From Octopus sinensis (taxonomy: Eukaryota), in NCBI RefSeq assembly GCF_006345805.1, contig NC_043001.1:38440001-38504000 (forward strand): 64,000 bases of DNA, read 5' to 3'. Positions within the stretch are counted from its first letter, which is position 1, and every line of letters starts with the position of its first letter. Shown here piece by piece: positions 53,031 to 64,000 of this stretch. The position numbers and the translations under genes were made by a program. The notes under the pieces are model-generated. The model ran no database searches. It had not been told where the DNA came from and saw nothing but the letters and a program-made list of their open reading frames with translations.

Positions 53031-55691
53031 CAAAAACAATTTCATTCTTATAACAATTTATTTATTCATTTTGTAGTAAGATATAAGAGGAATAATACTG
53101 GATCTGAATAAATATTTGCACATGCAATTTACCTATGTAAAAAAGAGTGAAGTAATTTTATCAGAATAAAACTATAAGTTCGATTTCTTTTACAAATACA
53201 CATTCTAACAATTTGGATTTGAATGTTCTTGCTTCTTAGAAGAAAGTTAAATCAAATTCTACTGAAATGGTTAATAGAAAAGATAAAATAATACTTGAAG
53301 AAACTATAATTCATCTTTATTTACTGAGTTAAAATTATAGCGATAATAAAAGCGTTTAGCAAAATTAAGGTTAAGAAAAGTAGATATAAAAGTAAAAGTA
53401 CTGAAGTAGTGAACACTTTGTCATGAATTCAAATCTTACTGCAGACATTGTGTTATATCAATGAGTAAGGCTCATAACACTGCATGAAAAAATGTACATA
53501 AAATTGAAGGAAAAAATGTCATTTTCTAGCAGAGAAATCAATACAAAATAGATTATAATATGAACTGAAAACTCATACTGAAAAATTATGTTCTAGTATA
53601 GAAAGACAACTGGGTAATGCCATTAGTAGGAGAAGTTGGGAAGGTAAAAGAGCAGAATGAAGTATTGTATCAAAATAAAAACAGGGGACACTAAGCTAAA
53701 TTAAGAGAAATTAATAGAAGTCAAAAGCATTTATGAACAACACATGAGAAAATGAAAAAGTAACAATGAAGAAAATGAAAATGAAAAGATAAGAAAATGA
53801 GACAGGGTGAAAGGGTAAGAGTTTTTAATAGATTACATAAACCTTAAAACGCCTGAAGAGATAAACCAGAAGAAAAATTATGTATCTTACAAAAAAATGC
53901 AAATTTAGTATTTTCAATTTATACCTTAGTTTAAGCCTGTTTTACATACACATACACACATGCACAGAGACAGAGAGAGAGAAAAAAAAAAGGGAATTGA
54001 CTAAATTATAACAAAAGGAAATTAACTGTTCTTGAAAAGCCAGTATTTACATTCTTATGTAATATTATTAAAAAAGGAACAAATCTTTGTCTGTCTTAGG
54101 ATATGAAGCTAATTGGAAGCAAATTGACTTATAATTTGGTAATTTTGTCAGTTCTTCTTCTGTGTGTGTGTGTGTGTGCGAGTGCATACACACAAAAAAC
54201 AGGCTTAAACTAGGATATAGATTTAAAATTCTAAATTTGTATTTTGTTGTAAGATACATAATTTTTCTGCTGGTCTATCTTTTTTAAGTGTTTTGATGTT
54301 TATGTAATCTATTAAATACTCACCTTTTCACACACTCATTTTTTCATCTTTTTGTTTTCATTTTCTCAATTGTTACTTCTTCATTTTCTCCTGTCTTGTT
54401 CATAAGTGCGTTTGACTTCTATTAACTTCTCTTAATTTAGCTTGATGTCTGTGAGATAGTTTTTAGGTAAGAAAACAAAGCAAAGCTAGTTATAACATAT
54501 TTAAAGCATGGAGAGTTAGAAAATAAACTAGAAATAAATAAGCAGCTAAAAACATCATGATATTAATTAATGATAATATTTTGATATTTTTATCAGCTCT
54601 GAATATATTTTGGCTTTATTATGACCTTATTAGCAAAGACTAGCCTTGATAGTACTTGCTGAAATAGTGATAAAATTACTAATTAAAATGCGCAATAATC
54701 CATATTTATTTGAATAGAAAAATAGAATTGGTAAGAAATTAAATACTTCAAGGTATTTATTTAAGACAAGAATAATCAAGCACTTTTGCAGGAACAATGT
54801 GATAACTGTTCACAAGCAATGACAAACTTAACATTGGAACATCTCTAACATGCATTATTGTTGGAAGAATTCCATATATGTACAGTGATCTTTTTCCTTT
54901 TAGTAAATATATTACAATGGTATAGCATATAAGGTGAAGTATTTCTTTATAGAAAGAATGGTTAAATGTGGGTATAAAAAACACATAGCTTCACAATCAC
55001 CAAGAAGAAAAATGAATTCTAGTACACATAATTTTAGTATTTAAAAAAATGACCTTGGATTTAAAAGGGCTGAAAAGATTGAATTTAAAACTTGATAATA
55101 TCAAGGATTATAATTCTGAATTTATGTATGTATAAATGTGACAGAATGAAATCTGAATACGCTGATTTCAATGCAGTAAACTAACAAAGTATATAATGAA
55201 CTTTTGTAAAGTGAACATCACAAATTTTAATCATGAAGTTGTAAATGGTTTCAAGAATATGTTTAATGTGGAAAAAGCCCAATCATAATTGCTGGTCATT
55301 TGTAGAAAATTGGCATGAATTCAAATTCTTAATTTTTTTTCAGGAGATTATTCTAAAATATGTTCCAAAATCAATGATATTTATAACTATGTTGCTAAAT
55401 ATCATACTGTGTTTAAATGATGATGACTCATATAAGAGGAAAGAAATACTGAAATTTAACTGGGTTTACTTCATTGATGCAAATGTTTAGTTATAGATAG
55501 ACATTTATAAAGACTGAAGATAAATCAAGAAATTGTCAATGAATTATATACAAAAACAAAGCAGTTATAGCATATAACAGAAATCAATAATTTTATGGTA
55601 GTATCAGATATTTAGTTCAAATCTTCAGTGCTTGCAAAAGTGTCCATGAAATGATGACAAAGAGACTGATTGCTTGCTCACAAGGTTTCAT

Positions 55692-55754
55692 TCAGTTCTG
55701 GAAGCTTCTAGGTTCCTTTTGTTCATCTGTAGAACATAGACCTTCATTGGTAAC
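55692..55754 (-). CDS. Candidate terminal exon of an unidentified host gene (reading frame uncertain)
   Basis: Strong acceptor TTTTTATTCTTTCATTTTGTAG|G; stops in all three frames. Confidence 0.3.
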   Translation of the reverse strand, partial: VTNEGLCSTDEQKEPRSFQN

Positions 55755-55899
55755 CTACAAAATGAAAGAATAAAAATGCACACGAGATCCTGATCTCTTA
55801 AACAGTTATTTGATGCTTGGTAATTTTGAAAGTAATTACATGCTTTGCAGAAAAATAATTGGAAGTAGTAGTAGTAGTAGTAGTAGTAAGGTTATAAAC

Positions 55900-56400
55900 A
55901 AAAAAGATGTGGGTGCAGATCCTATCATGTAATCCTTTAAAGGCTGACAAATGGTTCGCTGTTAGGATGAAAAGCATTACAGATGAGCTGTCACCCTGAA
56001 ATATTCCTGTAGATAATATAACTTTGTTAGTGACTATAGTGGTAGCTCCAGTTCTTATTGATAGTTCTTGTGGACCATGATGTTGTCAGTCCCTTAATAA
56101 CAATGAATATATCATTTAGAACCTCAACAGAATGAGGTGACTCTCTTATCCATAAGTAATAAGCAGAATCAAACTTCTTAGAGTCTAACCATACAGTCAA
56201 TAAGTTTTAGCAATGCTGTTTTGTTACCTTAAGGAAGGTTTATAAGAAGCTATTCATCCCAGCCTAAGACTCCTTTCTTTCCTCTTGCCTACTCTTCAGC
56301 CACCATATTGCTTATTCCAAAGTGGACGTGGAGGAATGCATTCAAGAAAACTGTATATAATTCATATATAACCTTCAAGTATGCCATGAGCTTGTAGTTT
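55900..56400 (-). mobile_element. R4/Dong RT fragment
   Basis: GIFQGDSSSVMLFILTANHLS (RT motif B'). Confidence 0.55.
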
Positions 56401-57349
56401 TTGGTCATATGCTCCTCGTGTTTTGCAACTAGTGTTGTATGTGCAGCTGTCTGTCAATCTAGTACATTAATTTCAGTGTTAATTGTTCCTTTGAACAGTT
56501 TTTTTCATGGGTTTTCCTATAGAACATGTGCTTTCTGTACCAATAACTATCAGCTCTCTCCAAGATGATTTTCTGGTTTGGTAGATTTTGCAGCAACTGT
56601 CAGGGGAGTTTACAGTGCGATTCTGATGTGGGGATGAGAGCAAATTTTCTTGGTAATGGTTGTTTATTGTCAGTTGTTTGGCACTGAAGTTTGGATAGTT
56701 GGAGTATTATAGATCAGTGAAAAATATATGAAGAGTGTTAGAATTTACATAAAGTTTTAATATTCATGAGAGAAAAAGGTGTAATAGATATTTATTTGAG
56801 ATGTGCAGTGTTGTGTTTTGGTGATCTTTAATCTTAAGAATATTACTTTTCATGCTCGCATTTTTCCATGTAATCCATGATTTTTCCACGCATTGCTGTT
56901 ATAAGTTAATTAATAATGTGTCAGTTAATAAAATACTCAAAGATAATATTTCAATTTTTCCATGTAAGTGATGATAATATTTCAATTTTTTCATGTTTAA
57001 TTTAAATATATGTTTTGATTGAATTAATGGCTGGGATTTTTACTATGTTGTTGGTTGCACAATGGCTCACCAAATGTTACAAACAACAAGACCCCAAAAC
57101 CATCAGTTACCAGACTCACCTTATGTAACCTAATTTTGCAATAAAAAATGACTACTATTGTACTGTCAATTTTATGCAAATATTTGGTTTTTCATAAATT
57201 AAAACCATTTTATAAACCAAAAAAACTATTTTTAATTTCCAAATTTAAGAAAATGTTCTTGTTACTTTTTTCTATTTATGAATTTGGTTCCTAAATAATC
57301 ATTAATCAATCATACAATCTTCGTCTTAAATTTAATTTTTAGTTACAAT

Positions 57350-58080
57350 TCCACTGAATTTTGTTTTTTAATTTGTTTACATTTTTTTCCATAAATGATA
57401 AAACAATGTCAGGCAATTTGGGAGGAAATTTAGTATGTCTTTTTGTAATGATGTTGTCATTGATTTCATCCCATATATCATCTCTAGTTTTAATCAGTGT
57501 GACCTGCTCTAGATGTTGGTCCTCTATGAATAACAGCAGCTTTTAGAGGAAATTTGTGCCAAATATTTGCTGCCTTTTTTATCTGAAGTTCATTATATCA
57601 CGTTTGATTCTTTTTTCCATATTAAAATTTTGATTAATTAAAAATCTATTAATTTGAATAACAAGATATTTAAATTCAGGAGGAAATTCAATTCTGGAAG
57701 TAATTTCATGTTCAGTATTGAGTGAACATGTTTCACAATTTTTTGTAAGTGAATATGTTGTGGTTTTAGTAATCAAAAATTTAAATTGTCGAGGACCATT
57801 AGTTGGTTGCAGAAACAATTCTTCTTTTAAATCAATAGGTAGTTGTGATTGTCTACCACAAACAATTGTATTGCAGTTGCAAATTATATTTATAAAGATG
57901 TTGCAAGTATGTTGATGCAATCTAATGCATCTAGCAGTGTCATATTTGATGAATGTAAACTTTTGTTGAGATTACATTTGAAGATAAAGATAAATTTCTT
58001 TCCAAAATTCATGAACATATTATTGGCTTCTATCATTAAATCTTCCACCAATAATCCTTTCTAAATTTGCATCAGTGTTT
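57350..58080 (-). pseudogene. Intronless decayed ubiquitin-specific protease (peptidase C19)-like relic
   Basis: RFNDRSQ*YVHEFW (QQDxHEF box); CxC and CETC; LVIQINRF; LKAAVIHRGPTSRAGH then frameshift to IWDEINDNII (His box). Confidence 0.65.
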
Positions 58081-58407
58081 TGAATATGATAAAGAATATT
58101 TGCACGTGTGATTTAGGAAGGGGGATACTTTGGCTGCTATTTTTAGCATGTTGAGCGACCAGATAAAGGCTCTTTCATTGGTTTGATTGCGTGATGAGAT
58201 TTTTAAACATATATGTAAAATGTATATTTATCATCAGCAGAAGTTTATTATATATGCAATGAAATTTTAACATCTTCAAAGTTTTAATTTCAATCATACA
58301 TATATATTAAGCTGCATATTCTACTCAAAGAAAGAATGAGCCAAACTATTTGCTAATCTTGCTCTAATGAATGTAATTTTTTCTTAATAAATTGCTTATA
58401 TACTTAC

Positions 58408-58449
58408 CAGTAGGTTTCTTTGAAACGTTAACGTAAGTACCATCCATGC
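58408..58449 (-). CDS. Candidate 42-nt internal exon of an unidentified host gene
   Basis: Acceptor TTCTTTTTTTAATTTCTTATAG and donor GTAAGTA; length is a multiple of 3; phase 1 reads MDGTYVNVSKKPT. Confidence 0.45.
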
Positions 58450-60529
58450 CTATAAGAAATTAAAAAAAGAACAAATAGCATGGCTATAAATAATATTTAA
58501 ATCAAGATAGTTGTGTACTGATTCTACCATAATAAATACTAATGAGATAGACTCAAACACACTCACACATACATACATGCATATTAATACACAAAAAGTT
58601 AGAGAGTGACATTTTTCGTAATAGTTAGCTGTCTGTCTATTTTAAAGATAGGTTCTAAGATCATGCTGTGTACTAACAATATTGATTGTACTTATTTCGT
58701 TGTCCCATTTCTAAATATTTCGGCTCGCTAACCTCAGCACATTGTTCTTCCACAGCATCAAGAAATTAATTTAAAAAATAGGCATATTTATTGTTTGGAG
58801 ATGATGATATGAATATTTTGATGATACACAGAATGTAGCTGTTATATATATGTATATATAGTAGAATAAGAAATAGAAAGCCATTAGTACAGTATTATAT
58901 ATTTGAAAATCTGAATAGAAATGGCGTTTTTAATAATTTTTCCACTTTAATAATTAGATGTCTAGAATCTAGTTAGTTTCATACCTAAAATCAGCTCCCT
59001 TTAATTTTGCTCAGCTTGTTTTCAATTTTGGTGTATTGATACTGTTCTGTATTTTGATTATGCTCAACCAATTACTTTATCTCATAAATTAAAGAATCTG
59101 ATGTTATTTGGAATTAAAGTTGGGAAAATCTGATCAATTATAGCCAATCAACAGACAGTGAGGCATTAACAGCTAGTTATCATGTTAACCACACATTGTG
59201 CTGATTCTTTACACAACGAGATTCACTTCATCCACATGTTTTGTTTGTGTATATCACTGTTTTTTTAAAATTTTCTGGAAGATTTATATCTATCAATTAG
59301 AATTTTATTGTAAATGTTTTTCATCAATTTTTTAAATATTTTACTTATTCTTTTATATATTTTTCATATATATTTTACATATATTTCATGAAGTTTTTCT
59401 GTGTTTTTCTGTTTTTACTGTTGCTTTGAATAGCCACATCCACATTCAAGCCATTTAATTGTACCACTCTGAAGGAGATTTTGAAAACAGAGGTGGATGC
59501 AATAAATTATAAAGTCACTCCTAGATGTGCTCCATTCTCTGATGCCCAGACATTCTCTGTCCCCCCTCTCTGTCATTTCTACTGTACTATATGGCTTCTG
59601 CTCCTTGCAGCTAGCTGAGCTCACCTCACCTCTCAAACGTTCCCATCCCATTTGCCTCTTCTCTTTTCATTATCCCTCTTATGTCCAACCCCATCCAGCC
59701 CTACCTAAAAGGCCTCATACTTATGGCTATGCTCAGTTTTTCCTCCCCAAAATGGTTTCCCTCAAGAAATCCTTCCCTGCTCATATCTTTCCCACAAATG
59801 TTGGTTTATGAAGGTTCACAAGGCACATCAATGTCCTTAATCATTAACCTCATTCATCCAGATGGTCTGTGAAGGGCATAGGCAATGTCCCTTTTTCAAA
59901 CCCAACATAGGTAGAAGACAAAATATAAAAAAAGATCAAACCAAAACTAGGCTGAAAGATTCTTGCTCAAGGTGTGATGGAGTTAGATTGAACTCAATAC
60001 TAACATGTCAGGATTATGATGTGAACTTATTAATCACCTGGTCGTGTACCCCTCCCACAAACCTGTCAGAGATGTAGAAGCAAAACTGTACACGTGGTGG
60101 GCAAGTAATGTAATTGGTAGGTTTGGATCCAGCTGAGGTAGAAATAATAAACCCCATGGAACTGAAGCTGGCAGAATGAATCAGAATCAAAATTATTTCC
60201 TAAATGATATGGAAGGAAAAAAGGGCACAGAATTACGGGTTGGGATGTGAAAGACAGAGATTGTGAGGAAATTTTCCATTGTATGAAACATAAAATGATT
60301 AAAAACAAAATGAAGGAAACCTGCCCATCTCACTTTTCTTTTTCCATGAGGTATGGAACTTTGAAGGACAGTTGTTCCAAAAATTATGTCCAGAATGGAG
60401 TGCCAGACTAAATGCTTTGTTCTATTTAGTTATGTTCCTCTGCATTCTGAATTCAAATCTCACACAAGTCAGCTTTAACTTTAATCCATCAGGTATCAAT
60501 AAAATAAATTATACTAGAATAGCTTGCCA

Positions 60530-61560
60530 ATAACATCACATTTCTCCTTTCTTTTGATTATCTTTATTCTTCTTTTGGAAAAGGGGATTATCACATTGAC
60601 TCTTCTTCCTTTTGTTTTTGTACAGGTGCATTATACATGCATCTTTGAACTGCTGGGGAACAGATCCAGTTTCCCAGATCAAACAGATCAATTTGCACAG
60701 CTTATTTACAATTTGACTGCAACCATGCTTGGACACCTCTATGGGAATATCGTCTTGTCCAAGATCTTTACCATTGGAAAGTTTTTCAATAACAGTACTT
60801 GTCTCTTCCAAGGAAGGATGTTCCACTAGTTCTTCAGCACTGCTAGTGGATTCTTGATTTGATACAGATGTAAAGTGTTCAGGTAATCTTTTTAGAATTT
60901 CATCTTTCCTTCTTATGAGTTGTGTTACATCATTTGAGGTAGTACAGAATCTATTCTGTACTACCTTTTTTTGGACCAAACACATTTTTCAGAATGTTAT
61001 ACAGTGTTCTCAAGTTGTGAGAGTTAGCAGCCTGTTCCAATTCTTGGGCTTGTTTCGTCCACCAAACTTTTCATCTCATGCAGTTTTCTGCATAGATTTT
61101 CTCTAGAGATGTATAGGAATCTGGATGTTGGCAAGTATTTGTCTGAGATCCATGTCTTTTGTCTCTTGTGCAAAGTTTCTAGGAGAGGTTTAATTTGAGA
61201 ATCATTCTTGTTGGTGTTTGTGCTTCACAAATCCTAGAACTACTTCAGCAGATGATTTGATGCTGTCATGTATATTGTGCCACCATATTTTAGGCATTCC
61301 TCTATTTCTGCAATCTTTGAATTTAAATGTATTTCAAAATTTTTTATCATTTCTAGATTTTTTAAAGAAGCAATGTTTATTCTTGGATGTAAACTGGATT
61401 TTAGTGGCCTCTTTCCATATAGTTTAACAAATGCCTTGCTGTGAATCATTCTGTGATCCAAGTAACACTTGGATGTTATGTGAGTTCTGGTGAACCCGAA
61501 ATCACTGCAATCATTGTTCTTAGTTATAACATACTCCACATATATCAGTGACCAGATCAG
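60530..61560 (-). mobile_element. RTE-BovB-like LINE ORF2 fragment
   Basis: LDHRMI..EILKR..EHF..LSNGK..DDIPIEV..IWETGSVPQQFKDACIMHLYKNK. Confidence 0.85.
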
Positions 61561-61599
61561 GGATGCTTCCAGACACTTTTGTATTTATTTGCCTACATA

Positions 61600-63330
61600 A
61601 ACACTGCATCTGGTGCTGTTCCAGTCCCATTCATCTAGAGATCGTGTGTCTGTAGATGAAGCCTCACTGAACAGCAGAATTCAAATGCCACTCAAGGAGA
61701 AGGTTGCTGGTCGGTACCAGTTTTTTGGGAAATCAATTAAATGCAGAAAGAAGAGAGTGACAGAATTATTGAAAGAGGTGACACTACTGTGGAGAGATAA
61801 GCTGAATTTTCCAATCATTTCCAAGCTCAAAAATGTGCTTCATTTGTATGACAAATGCACCTAAAAAAGACAATTTGAGCCATTAGAAGAACTGTTCAAT
61901 ATCAACAAAGTCTGCAATGAATGGCTTAATGCTGATGATAAAATGCTTTATTCTATCCAACTCCAAAGCCAGGGCAAAATGGGTTATTCGACAAGCAAAG
62001 CTGCAAGCAAGCACACTATCCATAATTCCAAGAGAAGATGCTCGGATGCTGAAGCCTCCCATTCTTTATCAAACTCAGCAACCCTGGTACTGACAGTGAC
62101 TCTGAAGAAGAAGAGATTGAAGAGTACAATTATGGTGAAGATGACAGAGTTGATCAAAACGATATAGATAGTGATGGCACTTATTCTTCCACAAGAAGGA
62201 ACAACAAATCTGCAATTGGTATGAGATTTGTAACTGAAACAAATGTCTCTACCTACAAAGCTGCGAAAATCTGCAAAGAATTGTCAGAGGAGGACATTGA
62301 TATCCCAGCTCCTAGTCAGCAAGGCATTTTACAATGCACTGTTTGAGAAAGCTGGTGTAATGAAGAAACACTTGATCAATACACTAGGCAATCAGAAATG
62401 GGACCTGCATTTTAATGGTAAACATATTGACGGAAATGAATATCAAGTGGTAATCATCAAGATAAAACAAGTGTAATTAAGCTGGCTGCTCTGAAGCTGT
62501 GTGGTGACAAGGCCGAGACCATTGCAGGATTGAAAAGCATCTTGGATGAATTACACTTTTAGGGTGAAATCTTAATGATTATTGTTGATACGACAAGTGT
62601 GAATACCGGATGAAAGAGTTGGGTAGTGGTTAGACTGCAGAGAATTTCTTGAGCAAATGCTATGATGAGCCACAATTCATGAGCAACAAACACCATGTCT
62701 TGGACAGAATCCTGCATATTTTCATGGATGAGGAGCTAGCTAGTGCAAGCAATTCACTCAATATCGGATATTTTCTTGTCAAAGAACTCATGACAAGTTA
62801 TGAAGAACTTCAAGGCTCCTTCCAGTATGGAAATCGTCATAGTAGATCAAGCTGGTTGGGAGATGATATGAAGTTCCTGTTTCACTTAACCCATGCCTTC
62901 AAGTTCTTCCATGGAAAGAGAGACATCCCTTTCATCAAGTTTCAGAAAATCCCAAATATCAGTAATGCCAGATGGAATTTGCAAGCAATCCTAGCCCTTC
63001 TTATATTTTTACTTACGCCACATGTGAGAGATTGCATATGGTCTGCCACTTCATCTCATATGACTGTGCAGACCACTGGTTATAGAGCTGAAGATTATGC
63101 AGAGCTATCACAAACCTTACTACTCTAGAAGACTTCTTTGAAATGCTTGACAAATCACTGGAAACAAGAGCTCTCAAAACTAAAGATCAGCAGAAGCAAT
63201 TAATGCTGTGAGTGAGCAATTAAGGTCATGCAAGAACTACACACCACATGCAAGAACAAAGCTAACCTGCCATTGAGTTTCATTCTCTCTATTAGACTTG
63301 CCGCAACTTGACTATTGACTAATTTGACTT
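61600..63330 (+). mobile_element. hAT-superfamily (hATm-like) transposase remnant
   Basis: LHFNGKHIDG..VDTTSVNTG..HHVLDRIL..NARWN; many stops; TIRs not identified. Confidence 0.6.
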
Positions 63331-63589
63331 TATATGACTTACCTTCTTTTTATTATTCTGGAATGCAGAATATAATTCTTTTAACAGTTATGGATCTTTT
63401 TTTCCTTTATTGTTTATTATTCTATCAGGGTCCTAGTTTTTGGAAACCCACCCAAATGCAACCAAATATAAAAATTTCAAAGTTAGTCATGAGTGAACTT
63501 TTTTGAGCAAATAGAAAAAAAAAAACATTGATTTTCATAGTCTTCTAGCAAAAACTCGACAGAATATGATACAGGACTATGGAGTTACA

Positions 63590-63790
63590 AAAAAGTTGTA
63601 TCCTCAGTGCACACAGCACGGTGAGATACTGTGACCAGGTTTTGGGTAGGTGTTCTGCTTGCTATGGGCAGGTCTTCTTGAGCATGGCAGGGCACCAGCC
63701 CTCCCAATCCATTGTCATCTCTTCTGCAAGGCTCAGCATTTTGAGGTCAGTTTACACAACCTCATCCCATACTGTTGGCAAAGATCTCTA
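63590..63790 (-). mobile_element. RTE 3' coding-end fragment
   Basis: WDEVV*TDLKMLSLAEEMT..KKTCP on the minus strand. Confidence 0.65.
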
Positions 63791-64000
63791 ATAGCAGTTA
63801 CTAAGACATCTGAAGATGATGCAATACTACTATTTAGTGCATCATTTTTATGAAACAAACAATTAGTATTGCATCATCTTTGAAGGAATGATGAAACATT
63901 GCATCATAATTCAACAAGTTAAAAACATTGACAGCCTGCCAACCATTCATTTGTCCTTTGTAATCCTTCCACGAAATATCAAAGAATCAAAAGCTAAGCC

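Noticed and set aside
59400-60100. Possible LINE remnant
   Set aside because: Too decayed to assign from visible motifs.

Overview
AT-rich, repeat-dominated eukaryotic DNA, most likely Octopus (inferred from tRNA-SINE and RTE repeat families resembling known cephalopod ones). There is one 100-N gap (9875-9974). No intact host gene is visible; two candidate minus-strand 3' exons lie at 58408-58449 and from 55754 downward. Nearly everything else is decayed transposons (RTE, CR1, Tx1, R4/Dong, Penelope, hAT, pogo, Helitron/Helentron, SINEs) and microsatellites. Main structures: (1) a near-perfect 158-bp inverted repeat whose arms each contain a Penelope-type type-I hammerhead ribozyme, plus three degenerate hammerheads elsewhere; (2) a ~3.8-kb inverted duplication of a composite TE block, with one copy fused to a Helitron 3' end and the other carrying a full-length CsRn1-like Gypsy element (LTRs, PBS, PPT, TSD, and the empty site preserved in the first copy); (3) an intronless decayed USP (peptidase C19) deubiquitinase-like relic; (4) several templated or fold-back insertions. 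All identities and domain calls were made by eye, without databases.
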